64,000 nt of DNA from Haplodiscus bocki (lineage: Eukaryota). This document shows, piece by piece, positions 38,420 to 52,205 of the stretch. Below the pieces are notes generated by a model. It was given only the letters and a program-made list of their open reading frames with translations, was not told where the DNA came from and ran no database searches. The position numbers and the translations under genes were made by a program. Numbering within the stretch: position 1 is the first letter of the stretch; every line of letters begins with the position of its first letter. The stretch lies in NCBI GenBank assembly GCA_965655095.1, contig OZ296657.1, positions 27,838,001-27,902,000 on the forward strand. The letters are read 5' to 3'.

Positions 38420-39230
38420 TATTCATTTTTGACCAATTTTGGCTCAAATTAAAAGTTTTTTCATTTTGTGTCACTTTTTTCAGACCGGTTTTGCCAATTT
38501 AGAATTCTCATTTCGAATGAAACATTTCTAATGACAAAGTTGTTCACTTCTTGTTCATAACTATCACCCACTAGACCACTAGAACCTATCATCAACTAAT
38601 TTTCAATTGGTACTCGCAAAATCAATTGATATCGCTGGTTATTTTCAATAATACGTTTTCTACATTCTCGATATTGACTATATGGAAGTTTTAAATCGTT
38701 TTTATTTTCCTACCCTTTTTCATATATGAAAGGAAAATCATTTCTTCAACGTTTAAGTTTTTTTGAAAGAAAATTGCCCATTGCACAATAAGCAAAATTG
38801 CACGCCATTGTTTTTTTTGTTCCGCCAAATTGTATAATGAGATTAAAATAGCAGTTCTTCCCAGCAAAACGTTTTTCTTGCCAGACATTAAACTTTTATA
38901 GGAAAAAATTATAATTTTCAAGTTTTACCGCATTTTTTCATTTTTTTTTAGTTAATCAAAGTGTTCCAAATTTGTCGTAATATACCATTAATATACCAGT
39001 TTTACCCAAAATGTTATTTTTCTAACAATAAGATAGGGCTTTGTGTATAAAAACTTAGGAAGTAGGATTTTTTTACTTTTAAAGCATTTTTGTTTTAAAT
39101 TACATTTTTTTTCAATTTTAGTCCCTATTTTTTTGCCGGGCATCCGGTTTTATTTTTGATCCACTGGCAAAAAATTGTTTCACGGCCAATTTTATGATGA
39201 AAAAATTCTCCTGACCATCTCAAAGCCACT
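38420..39230 (+). repeat. Dispersed repeat, inverted homolog of 26830-27460
   Basis: See 26830-27460. Confidence 0.7.
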
Positions 39231-40461
39231 GACATGTTTTCAATCAAAACGCAATTCCAAATAGTAGAATATCGAACACCGAAAATTACGATTTTCGATT
39301 TTTCATGTATTCAGGTAGCATTTTGAAATTTGCAAATTTAAAGCGCCCCTTTTGAAGAAAAGCTTTAGATTTTCAATATCACAAGATGTGAGTAGTTTCA
39401 GGAAATTCATGGGATTCTTATTGGGAAGAAAAGTTATTTTCTAACAGACTCACATTTGGGGAAAAAGTGCAAAATCAAAAGAAATTGTCTTAAATGGACC
39501 CATCATGTTTGCGTATTTATCTAAATTAGTCAATGAGTTTTCTCAATTTAGGTCTATTTTGAGTACCTTGATGCGTTTATTTCAATCACTACTCTACGAT
39601 CGCAGACACATTCTGTTTTTTCGGTGCTCTAGAAACTTTAAGGCAGCAGTAATCTTTCAATTTTGAAAAACTTTCCATGCAACACATGGAATTATAGATG
39701 CGCGGCGCAAAAAATTTATTGCATCCAGATCAGGGCGTGACTGTGGAAAAATCATGAAAAAGATATCTCTCTTATAGTCTCAAAAAAGAAATCTCAAAAA
39801 CATTTCGGCCAAGTTTTTGCAAAAAAAATATTCAAAAATGGAGTAAAAGTAAATTACATGAACTGCTGTGTATAAAGAACTATATATTTGGGTCATGGCC
39901 ACTTTGTTTCGATGAAATAGCTCAGTTTTTTATTCAAAATTGCGTTGTGTTCAAGGAATCTATAGAAGCTTAAAAAAATGAGTCAACTTAATACAAGTTT
40001 TTCCTTGTTTCACGGAGTTGTAGTAAAAGTATTCCATCAACGATGTCTATTTTTGAAGTTTTGTAATGTCATTTCTGTGACGTCATGGCCTCAATAAAAT
40101 TTTAGACCTCGAGTTCTTCCACCAAAACAAGCATTCATTCCGTAATCATTAGTAATTCCCTTTAAAAAAAATAAACATTCGCAATACCCGAAGTCTGCGG
40201 AACGAAATTTACTTGAGGCAATTGATAAACTTAGGCTCCTTTAACGTCATATTATGGTCTGTTCTCTAAGAAACTAATCGCAATTATTATTCATTGTCGC
40301 ATTTCTTCTTATTTAGGACCCAGAAGTTTGGAAAAACGTGTTCTGTGATCGGAAGACTGATTAACGTTGTTTTTTAACGGACTTTTATAGCAGATTCAAA
40401 GGCTGTTAATTGTCGAATTTTCAGGAATGTAACTTCCAACTCCATTAAACCGTAGTACCAC

Positions 40462-41525
40462 TGTCCACGAGACGGGGGACGGGCCGAGATCCACAAAAAA
40501 TTATAACTCCAAAATTAATCAAGGGGAGATTCAACTTCGGAGGCGGTGGGGTTCTTCTGCAAAGTATATGCCTAACTCTGTAATTTCTACCGTTCAACTG
40601 AGAGGGGTGTCTCGTAGCTCTTGACTGTTTTAGGAAATCGAAGAATCGTTTTGCTTGCTGAAGACTTCAATTAACTTAGTCAATCCTCACAAACAAATTT
40701 TCTGAGATAATAAATACACTAATAGCAGAATAATAATTGTTAATCGAATGATAATGAGGGATAATATCACTGGTTCGCTTTCGCACATCAATTTATTATC
40801 GATTAAATACTTCAATAAATATGCAAATACCATAAACAGATTCTAGCATCAATTTAACTTGGAGACAATTTAATACTACAACCTTCCGTTGATAGTCAGT
40901 AAACTTCTCCTTTCTACCGGAATTGGATCGAACACCAAAACCACAACTCAACAATTATCAAACGAAGAATTTTCAAGTCTCACTACACTTTCGAGCGAAG
41001 AACTAATCGATTCCAACAGTCCCGGACTGTTCAACAATACTTCTCAAAATAACGATATCCCAACTTCAGTCCTTGACTAAGTTGAATAAAACAACAAACG
41101 GCTTTAAGCAAAGTAGCAACTGCCCGGCAATTCAACTCACTTTCTTTTGGCAGCGTTTATGGACACTCTTTTCGCTTATGGTTCTCTTGGTTTCGTATTT
41201 TTACCGCTAGGGCTACTTTCAGCCTTATTATTATTCATCCGGTTAATCCTGTCCAGTAATTTTTAAAATGACTTATCAATCTTGGTTGGTTATTTCGTTC
41301 ATCTCACTTCGGTACGGTATTCATCAGTTTTGGTATTACTCGGTGTTTATTTTCTCAGCTTACATCGGTTATGACTAATTGATTTTGGTTGTATCCACTG
41401 ACAAAAGGGGGGTGGTGAAAATGAGTAAGAAAGTACCCCTTCGTTTCCATTCGTTCATGTCATCATTTTGATTGACAAGCTCTATCGGTTGATGTGTCAG
41501 CTTTTCTATCCGTCTCGCGTGACCA
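40462..41525. mobile_element. Probable solo LTR (~1.06 kb)
   Basis: Imperfect inverted termini TGTCCACGAGACGG ... CCGTCTCGCGTGACCA; composition differs from flanks; no TSD recognised. Confidence 0.45.
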
Positions 41526-43454
41526 AAATATTTCCCAAATAAGTGGTTAAAATATCTTCCCTAACCACTCCCATCATAATATCCATGCATGAATAAACGT
41601 CCAAAAAAGGTGTAATTTTTGTCTAAAATTCAATATTTACTTATGTCTACCATAAATGTCGTAAAAAGAAAATGAGCACAACATTACACGCGGTTTTCAA
41701 TTCAGTTTTTGGCGATGTATACTTTGGTATAGTTATTTTCATTATTCATGGTCGAAAAATGCGATTTTCTGAAAGTTGTCAAAATCCGATATCTGAAAAA
41801 TCGATTTTTGGTCACTTTGAGGTCATTTTTCTCAAAGTATAATTTTTTTCCAGGATTGGGGTGGTTATTTCCTGTTAATACATTCAAGGAGGAGTTTTTT
41901 AAAGAAAAGATGAGTTCACTAGCTGGTCTCAAAAAAAAGTTGTTCATTTTTCTGCAAAACTACCGATTTTGGCTATTTTTGACTACCTGGGTCCACCTTC
42001 AAAGTCGATTTTCTCAACGTAGAGGCAAAATTTCCAAAATTCCTCCAACATTTTCCTGGGAAAGGCTGTTAGAAACATTGTGTTAAAATTTGAGCTTTCT
42101 ATCTTCAAAAAGGTGCGGGGGTCGCCGTTTTGCAAGTCGACATTTTCCAAATTCCGTGATTTTAGCTAGTTGCAATTTTCTGGCGGCGGCCATTTTGTGG
42201 CTTTCTATGCTCGTTCTATTGTTATTTTCCATTCTTCCCAATAATAGGCTTTTAATTGCTAGTAATATCGTTGATTTCTATTGGCTATTCGTTAACTAAT
42301 AAGCGAAAAACTGCGATTTTTGACGATTTCAGGCTATTTTGGGCGTTTTTTGGCCATTTTTCTCTCAGTTCTGTAAAATGACTGAATATAATCGATTCAT
42401 CTTTTCAGGGACTTTAGTCCATCCAAATATCTTTTGTTTAACACTATTACGGGCCTTTTTTGATGCGTAGTTCGCTCAGAAGAAATTTTTAACTGAACTC
42501 AATTCGGCAATTTCCGCAGTACACTTCTCGTTTACTACGATTTTTCAATATCTTAATTTCGTCCGATTTTGCTCATATTCCAAACTTAGGCTTTCATATA
42601 GATGTAATTTACAATGGTGAAATTCGTTTGTTGATATCTTTTTTCATTTTTGAGAATTAAGCAAGCAAACATTGGGGAACATTAAAAAAACGGGTCTATT
42701 TTTGTGCAGCGAGAGGCTAAATATGCTAATACGTGGGGTGGTGGCGGCCGTGCGCGTGGTCAAAATTCACTCCAAAAGCACTCCTATTGTATTCCTTTTG
42801 TGCTTATAACACTTTGTTTCCACTCCGCTTTCACTTTTATGCGCTTCTAAAGTTGCAACTGAACTGTGAATTCGCGATTTTACCATTTTCCGGACCGTAA
42901 TAAGTTTCGTTTTAATTTTCGAAAACTTTTAATTTTCAGAATGCGGTGATAATCAGCCAACTTGTTCGTCTTGAAATGTAGTTTTCATCGGTGAAAGCCG
43001 TTTTGCTCTATCTATAACAGTCTTCGAGAAAATGGACGTCAAAGTTAGGGTTCGAATTAGACCAACTTTTGAATTTTATGCTGCTGTTGCTTTGCTGTGT
43101 TAATACACGTGACAAGGTCGTTCCAAAATATTTAATACTTGCTCCGTGGCTTGTTCACATTCCAACGTAGTGCTTATTCAGTTCAATATTCACTTTTCAC
43201 GTATCATTCTTACTGCTAAATTTCACTCAACTCACGTGCACTGACACAGCAAATGCAGCATTGCAAAAATGGCGAATATGATTGACTTATATCCTAATTT
43301 TTGACCATCAAACTATTTTCAGCTTTTAAATACGTAACTTTAAATCGCAAATGGAAAGTGCATAATATAGATCAAGGTTAAAATATTATTAAAACAAAAA
43401 AAATGTGTACTACAAATCCCACACTAATTGTGAAAAAAATTGAATGTGTTTTTT

Positions 43455-43520
43455 CACAGGTTAGGACACAAGGGTTGAGAACTCATAGGTTGTGAGTTCG
43501 AATCTCAACTTGGGAAATAT
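43455..43520 (+). mobile_element. tRNA-derived SINE head-like fragment
   Basis: GGTTAGGACACAAGGG...TAGGTTGTGAGTTCGAATCTC with B-box; similar to 61183-61255. Confidence 0.45.
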
Positions 43521-43699
43521 ATCTGAGCCAATGTTTCGAAAACAAGGTTTAGTAAAAGCTACCCTTGGTATGTTTGAAAATCTTTGGAAAAGCCAAATAA
43601 CCACAGATTTATCATACCCCTTGCACCATTTGATTGAAACCGGTCATATGATATGAGCCTTCCCAGTTATTGAATCTTTATCTTTTCCATTGATTTCAG

Positions 43700-43990
43700 G
43701 GATAACCACAGTTCTGACAATGTTGACACTAGCCTCAGAGAGCAGCAACAAGTACGACAAGAACATCAGCAACACTATCAATGCCATAAACGTGTATGTG
43801 TGGGTATGTTTCGCTTTCGTCATAATGGCCATGGTGGAGTTCGCCCTGGCAGATTATTTCAACAAGCCCAGGTACACCCGCAAGGCCTTCTTGAAGAAAC
43901 ACAATAAAGACGGCCAGGGATCCACGGCTGATGACTCACCCCTTGCTTTCAAAAAGGTCTCATCCGGAATGGATTCCCCAGTTAGATCTG
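43700..43990 (+). CDS. Cys-loop chloride channel exon: M2, M2-M3 loop, M3, start of intracellular loop
   Basis: Acceptor CATTGATTTCAG; phase 1 completes Gly (G+GG). GITTVLTMLTLASESSNKYDKNISNTINAINVYVWVCFAFVIMAMVEFALADYF... Donor uncertain (GTTAG at 43981 or 43991). Confidence 0.92.
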
Positions 43991-46900
43991 GTTAGCTATA
44001 TTATTTGTGATAATCTATTTACTTTACATGTGTTATTATTTCGTATTTGCAATTTTTGTACTAAACTGAGTTTATGTGCGAACTACTGCAACTTTTAATT
44101 TCTTCATTTATCAATTTTATAGTAATAACAAGAAAACGATTCAAAAGTTTTTTAAAAATTGGTTTCTTCAATCACCTTATAATTTTGAATTGGCTTATAT
44201 CTGTTGACCAGCAATTATATGTCTCCAAATTGGCATAATATTTCACTGTAGTAGAAATTTCAAGTAAGTACTAGCTACGAAAAGTGGGGCAACAGTTTGC
44301 CAAGCACAGAACTACGGACAATCCATTAAGCGCCTGATTTCCTGCAGTTTTGATTCCTCAATCTCCGTGTTGGGTCTGGGAGGATTTTGAAGATTATACT
44401 GTGGATTGACATCTCACGACTTTTAGGCTTAGCACACTAAAAGAGACCCAAAATTACGCTGTTACACTAAGTTGTCATATCCGAGTAGTACTGTATTTTC
44501 AGGGGTCGAAAGCTAAATATTGAAAAAAAAACAAGAGATATTCCTTATATTAGCCCATTGAGAATATTAGCTAGGTTTATTATCTAAAGTTTGCAATCTC
44601 TGTTTTCTCTTTTTTAGGTTATCTCGGTTTAATTTCCTTCCCTGATTGACCTTGCGGAAAAAACTTGCATGTTGCTTCCATAGATGCAGACAAACTTTCT
44701 GAGAAACATGGAAAAATCAGTCATCTTTTACGGAAGTTTCAGACAGAAAATTCGGTCAATATACAAAATCTTGCAAAAAATTGCCTGCAACATGAAATAT
44801 TCTCGCGAAACCTTCATGCAAATTGAGTGAATGAAAATTTAGTTTTGGATGAACGTTCAAACACTACTTCACGTAACCAAAAGTAACAATAGCTGAATCT
44901 TGACTTTTTGAAATAAACATTCAACTCTAATTTGACGACTATTTGTAACTATGGACATTACTTTTGTTTTCAGTTGAAGAATATTGGTTTTCACCCTCCA
45001 ACATTTTTCCAGCATTTTTATGAAATTTGTGTTTTTCCGAACAAAAAACGTTGAGAGATGATTTATTTTTCCTACTTCTACTTAATTCAAACATATGTTC
45101 GATATCAACCTTTCTAGAGGCCAGATTGAAAAACCTGTGAAATGAATAAATTATCACCTTTAAAATATTTGATTAGACCTATTTAATGAAACGTGCATTG
45201 AAAATCTTCTAAACTTTGTGAAAAATTTTGCACAATAGTATTGCTGCCAGCTCAGTCAAACTTCGTAGGTTTCAAACAAAGATTATGGAAATTTTCCATG
45301 TTGTATGAAATAATCTTACTAAATTTGCCTCTCAACTGCCAAGAATATAGAATCATGTAAGTTTTTGCCTGAATATCAGAAAATTTTGGAAAATTTGCTT
45401 TGAAACAAGCAAGTTCATGGAAGTTTTCCCTGCAACGTCAACGGGGTTTGGTCGTCAGGGTTTTCTCCGAGATTTTTTGTTAACTACGGCTTTTTTTTCT
45501 CGTCTGTATAATTTTGGACTGCTCTTTTGGTGCCCAGAATATTGAAATCACATCTCTAATAGAAATTCAGAAATTTAAAAAATCGCGTAATCCCATATTC
45601 GAAGTCTCTACTGCACATATTGGTTCCATTCAACAGTGTTTTTGATTGCAGTTTTCTTTGAAAGGTTTTGGCGGAGAATTGAGATCAACTGAAATGAGTC
45701 GAGATGGTACTGGAACATTTTTTGCGACTTGTTGCTTTGATTCAAAATAAAATTGATTCAAACGATTCTTTCAGTACATAGACCTTTTTTCAGTGATTTA
45801 ACAATTCTGAGTGAAATGTTTCCGTTTTATTAGACCCCAAAGTGTTCCACCGGAGACGTAGATTGCAGTTTTGAATACCCTACCATAAACGTTTCGCTCA
45901 AAGCCGGAAAACACTTGAGAAACTAACTGTTTTTCAGCAGACAAACTTTCATCAAAATGTTCCTCTGGACAAACTCGACCTCTGAAACTTTTTCGGAGAA
46001 GATCCAAAATATTGGAGGACTATTCATTTTTTTCAGCAAAGTGTTCCTCTAGACATGCCGAATAGAGCTTTGACAAGCCTGTCGCTCTAGTTTGCCCAAA
46101 ACACAAAGTTTTTCCCTGAATGTTTGAGATAAAATTCATATCCAATATTTTTTCTCGGAAACTTTACGCAAACTTTTCCCAAATTTGTATAGTCTCAGGT
46201 TTTGATTTTGCTGATTGTCGATTCTCACTTTCATGCATGATGACACCGTTCAGTTCTCTTTCGAAGGTGTCACTCGACAGCCTTTTCCGCGAAGAAGATA
46301 TTCCAAACGAAAAACGCTGAACGTTTTTCTTTGTGTCCGAATACTGACTGCCCGAATTTGCCGCCAAAAGGTCTATTAATAAAAAAAATCTTGGTTTCCA
46401 TAATACTGATTTTTCGAAACAATCATCATAAAAGTTTGAATCAAAAATTCAAATGAGAGTTCTTTACTTGAAATAGGCTTTTCATTGATTTAACTTTCGA
46501 TTTGGTTCATTCTGTTAGATTCCTGATAGAGCAAAAACATCCAAATGGGCTTTCAATCTAGACAAATCTTGACACCCAATTTCATATTTGTCTAACTATT
46601 GGCTTGATTGCTTCCATCAGGGTTTGGCTTCATCACTACTTTACTTTTGCCGGACTATGACAAAAACAACTATTGATTTTTTTTTGTTCTGACAAGATCT
46701 CGATTACAGGAAAAAGCCAAAAAGTGTTTATAATTTTGACATATCCCGACTTTCAAATTCAATTCTCGTTAACACGTCTTGCCTCAAGCCTCCTGTTGAG
46801 GTCTCAATCAACAAATTTCAACAGCCGGAGGACTTTCAGAAAGCTCAATAAACTTATGCAAGCGTAAGCAAAATGAAGTGAGCCTAGGTTTCTCCAAACA

Positions 46901-49900
46901 CCCACACTGGACAATTCAGGCAATATCTTTACTTTCACCTCATTAATATCTGTGGAAACCTTCTAATTCTCCAGCTCTTCGAAGAATGTTTCTGGTTTCT
47001 GCAAAAGCGATACAACAAGACTCTAATCTTTAACTTACGTTTTTCCTTGTCCGGTAGTTTCTCATTAGTCTTTCGTTTTGAAAAAATCTTGAAACGGAAC
47101 TTTTTTTGGACACCTTATCAATGGCAATCGTCATTTTACAGGTCGTTTTGCTTCCGAATGCAGGGCTCCAACTTCCCTGATTTTTGCACAGGCTCAGCGG
47201 GCAGACTTTTTCTTACCACATAAAAGACTTCACTTGCGGTCCAAGACTTTTCCACGTTCTCCTGAGAGAAAAAATTTTGGAAAAGAGTTTTTCTGGGTTT
47301 TTCGACGAACACGTCTGTGCGTTTCAAAATTCTGCGTCACCTAACTTGTCAATTTGCGTCAACTTCAAATAACTATAACAGTGAAAATCAATTCTTCCAA
47401 ATATCTGCTTTTAGTTGCAAAGACGCAGTTTTTCGGTAGGTTAATTTTGCGAACAGATCTTGAAACGCAAGCTTTATTGCAGCCGTTTGGTCGAATTTTA
47501 GTCCTTTGTTCTGTAAGCAGGTCCAAAAAATTGCTTAGTTCGCATTGGCATAGGAAAAAGACATGAATTATCATATTCCTTTATTTTAGTTGCTGGTAAA
47601 AATCCTCTTGTTGGGCTTTGATGCAATGGAATTCAAAAAATGGAGCATTATCTGTTGTTCCGTGGATGTTCATCAATATAAAGTCGTTTATTTTTGCACT
47701 TGGCCTGCAGTTATCTATGGGATTTTCGTTTTTCGTTTTGCTGTCAGTGTTTCTCGATCGGTTTTTTTCCGGAAGATTTGTGAAAGTCGGGCTACTATTG
47801 ACTCAATTTTATGTCAATTAGAATCTCCTGTTTACTGAATATATGTCCAAAAAACTCCCGGTTTTGCACAAGAAGTATAAAAGGACTCGCATTATTTCCT
47901 TTTTTGAAAGGGTGATCACTTTTTAAGTCTTTTTTCGATAGGTTTTTCTCACAAGAAAAACTTCGTAACTGACATTTTTTGGCATTTTCGAATTTTTTGG
48001 CTTTTTTAGTTCTACGTTGTAAAAATTGGGCCTGAGTTTGGTCAAATTGCGTCACCAGCATAACAATAGACGCCAATTTTTTATCTGCCAACTTGTGATT
48101 GAGTTCAGGTAGTGTTTTTGGTAATTTTCCTCGCGGGATTACGTGATAATCGAATTTTTTTTTTGATTTTTTGAAGTTTCTTGTCCATTTTGCGTATCTT
48201 TGGGCAGTGATTTCTGGACATGCCGAAAATTTGCAATGAGGCTACATAGAAGCTTCTATTTTTATTTTTTTATTTCTAGGTCAGGATCGGAATGTTATTC
48301 AAAAGAATTTTAACGAAACAAACTTCATGATCGGAATGTAATAGATCGATGTAATAGTGAGACCGATTTATCAATGCCTTAGCAAATACTCTGCAATGTA
48401 TCACACACTATGTGTTAGTTGTAGTAGCAAACTTCCTTTCATAGATTTTTCCCGAAACATCAAAGTCGTTTGTCTTGATCATCTCCTAAAAGATTAGACA
48501 TGTGTCAAATCCGCGAAGCGTTGGGGTTTCTTTTGATGAGTGATGGCTTGATTTTTTAATTCTTCCGGAAATCTTGCCACGATTCAAGAACTAAGCCCTT
48601 GGTTCCTACGTTTTTTTCTTGCTTGGCATTTGTGAGAGATCAGACATGCCAAAAAAGTTATTGTTGATTTTTTTAGGTATTTGAACTCTTTTTTTATACA
48701 CAACTATGACCTTGAATTTTTCCATCGGTGGATCAAACGACACCTCTTCACTATGGAGATCGGAAAAATGTTGTTTTTTTTTCAACAGAAAAATGATGGA
48801 TCTTGATCCTGGCATCCGAATCCTGATAGTCCAAGAAGCTTAAAATTGATATTACTTTTGACATAGCTCTACATTCGGTTTCTCATTTTCCCATAACTTT
48901 TGGGTTGAGTTTTCCCATCCAGCTATTAGTTGATAGCTTTCTATTTGTAGAAAGAGCTTTGGTTTGAAATAACTTGATTTTTGCACAAAGAAATCATGAT
49001 AGCCCGAAGGTGCCGAAAAGTTCAATTTTTCCTGTTATTTTGCTGATATTCAAGCTCATATTTTTCTAAAGTTCTTCTCCGATATAACAATGCTTGCACA
49101 GGTGTGGTAAATCTTTATCATCAAGTGGTTGTAATAGAAAATCACAAATTGAAGAATTAGAGTAGAAAACAGAAGCTTGAGTTCTTCCGACAAGGTCTCA
49201 TTCGACAACGTTCTATTTAATCAAAAATTTTGTGAAAACCATTTGTTAGATGTTCGATCCATCATTTTTTCACCTTTTGACGGAAAATATCGCTCTGTGA
49301 CTGTGCCTCTTGTTTATTTTTTTTTACTGTGTGGATTTAAAATAAAGGTAATGGAACATGATAAATTGCATTTCCAATTTTTTTGTTTGCTCCTCAGACT
49401 CTAATCTCACCATTTTTTCATCTGCCCCGCTTGGATGTATCCATTTTAAACTTTGACCTTCCACAAAGGTTAGGGTCTGAAATCCAAGGCACAATTCTTC
49501 TTTTTGTGCAATTGTCATAACTTGCATGTTTTTGGTAGTAAGTAAGTTCAGTAGTGATTTGGTTAAGTGAGTCCCTCAGCAAAAAATTGAGATTGACGCT
49601 CAAAATCTTGAAAACTTAAAAGTTTAGAAAATAAGTAATAAGAAGAGCTTCCGAGATTTTGTTGAGACGACAAAGATTTTTATTTATGAAATATAAACCA
49701 AGATTCGAAGAGTTTGAAGTACCAGTTTTTGCCATTTGATCGTTTTTTCAACTTTTTTAACTCATCAAATCATGGTATTTTCTTCATTTCTTTAGCCATT
49801 TAGTTCCGTCAAGAAGTACTTGAAAACTTGGCACTCATTTTTTTGTGAGAAAGTCGACTGTTTTTGAAAATTCGCATGTTGGATGCCAAAACGGTATTTA

Positions 49901-50269
49901 CATGTATTGAGGTTGGGTATAGCGGCTCTAATTCGCTTTATAATGTGAACTTTGAGTGTAATGAATTTTTAGAAAAAGCAATATCAGGAGATTGAATGCT
50001 ATAATTTTCTTCTCAGTCTTTTTTCTATACGTTTAAGGTATTGAGATTTTTGAGAAAGTGTGAAACAATGGGCAGAAGTCAAGGCAATCATGAAATTTGA
50101 ATTGTTCGCTCAATATTGAATGAAAATAAACATCAATAAAAATTTATGAAAAGTCCGAGAAATTTTGCTTATACTAATTTTTAAAGTTGGTCTTCTTTGA
50201 AAAATTTAGGTTCAAAAATGTTTACTTTCTTCGGGAATTGACTTGAGTAGAATTTAGTTGAAGTCTCAT

Positions 50270-50460
50270 TGATTTCAGCATTGATCAGCTCTGAATTAGA
50301 AATCATCAACGATGACCTGCACTGTTTCAACGCTGATTCAGCACTGTACAATACCTGAAAAAAATTCACAGAGCACTGATTAACCTCTGATCAGCGCTGA
50401 AAACCTTAAGAGCAAGAAATGCTTTTTTCTAAAAAACGGTGCTGATTTCTTCTGATTCAA
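50270..50460. repeat. Fragment of CAGCGCTG-motif repeat family
   Basis: GATCAGCTCTGAATTAG, CAACGCTGATTCAGCACTG and GATCAGCGCTGA match 30386-31050. Confidence 0.5.
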
Positions 50461-50869
50461 AATGCCGCAAATCTAATTTGAAGTTGCGTTACAAAAAAAG
50501 CAAACAAAATTTTAGTTTTTTAGGCTTTCTACGGGCAAAAAATGTGATAAAAATGCAGTTTTTGGCTTTCTAGCACTGCTAAATTAACAGAAATGGTATG
50601 GTCTTAGAGTTTTAAGCATTTTGCTTTTCTTTTTGCAGTTCTTAATAAAATTGTAATATATATTATACTGAAGCATTGTTAAATAAGAAGTTGCTATCTG
50701 AATAACTCAGAATAAAACCCCAATGAATTTTGCTGACTCGGCAGTTTGGAGTATATTTTCTTCTAAGGCCAGTCAAGTATACGTTATAATGGTATATAAC
50801 AGTAACTATTTGAGAAAAAATCGACAATACCCATTCTTTCCAAAAAAAGAAGAAATGGAAAGCATAATC

Positions 50870-50955
50870 ATACCATGATCATGCCATGAATCACGGCGAC
50901 CATGCCAAGAAACATGGTCACGTTGCCGTCACCATGGCATGCCATGTTTTTCCGA
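50870..50955. repeat. CATG-rich dispersed repeat copy
   Basis: Homologous to 4820-4965. Confidence 0.55.
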
Positions 50956-51932
50956 CAGAGAATTTCTTTCCTCTTGAATTAATTTTGGTTATATGTTCCT
51001 GGATCAACTATTGTATGAAATCTTTCATTTTCATCCCCAAAATTACCCAAAAATGCGCTAAACGAATTGATTTCTTTAAATCAGACGTTGAAAACATGAA
51101 TAAAATCAAACAAATTTGAGGCAGTTGGAACCATAACTCAACAAAGAAATGAGAGGTCTTGTCAAATCTGCTTATTATTAAAAAATGAATACCTAATTCT
51201 GCTACTGGCTTACTTTCTCTAGAGCAGGTATGTTGCTAAAAAGTACTCTGTTTTCAACAAAAACACGTTAATGAGTTTTGTCTCTGTTCCAATCCATACG
51301 CGTTGTCCCCTTATTTTCATTTTCTTTTGAGGTGGGGCTGGGTTCTATCTATGGGTGAAGTGAAAGCAAAATTGCTGTGATAGACTTCCTCATTTTTAGA
51401 TCGGGTTCGAAACCTTGACTTTAAGATCCAATTACATGCAGTTGCATCTTGGATTCGGTTGTTTTTGTTCATTTTATTTTCATAAAACAAGTCTGAAACT
51501 TGTTGATAATGCAGCCTCAGGGTTCTTCGATAATGGTCGTTAGTTGGGAAAGAAAACGAAAGACCCCACTGAAAGAACTGAGAAATTTGAGACAAGAAGT
51601 CTGTTTAAGTTGAAAGTGTTAGCACCAGAAAATGTTGATATTTACTGGCTGCCAGGAGTAAAATGTAGGAAAAGCGAAGGTTTGACGAGGAATGAATACA
51701 TGCATGGATTGTATTTCAAGGATTGCAGACATTTCAATTCTTCAATTGGATAACAAGACTAGATTTCAGTGAAATCTGACAACTTTGCAAAATAAAACTA
51801 GTGAAAGTAGGTCTTTGGAGGCTTTCAAAGACAACCCCATGCCTTGGTTTAAAAACCAAATTGTCCCAAGATACTGTTCAGGGAATTATTAACTTTGGAT
51901 TGTCCTCAGTCTGTTCTTCCATTTCATACCCT

Positions 51933-52205
51933 GGGCCAAGTGAACAACCCCCCCCCCCCGACTATATTAGCTATCTGTAGCTGATCAGTATCGAAACCGG
52001 TGATTTAAGCACCGCTACATCGTCCGTATGCATTTCCTCGGTGCTCTCGGAGATAACTACCTGGTGTCAATAGTAACAAGTAGTAACAAGTGATACTCTT
52101 AGTTGAAGACATCAGATACGAATGTTGATTTCTCTAGCATCGATTGCTTAAAGGAACCAAGTGAACAATCTTCTCCTAGTTAGGGGGAGATTGTTCACTT
52201 GGCCC
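51933..52205. mobile_element. MITE (273 bp) with 8-bp TSD, possibly Merlin-type
   Basis: TIRs GGGCCAAGTGAACAA / TTGTTCACTTGGCCC; TSD CATACCCT at 51925-51932 and 52206-52213; internal extra CCAAGTGAACAATC at ~52157. Confidence 0.85.
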
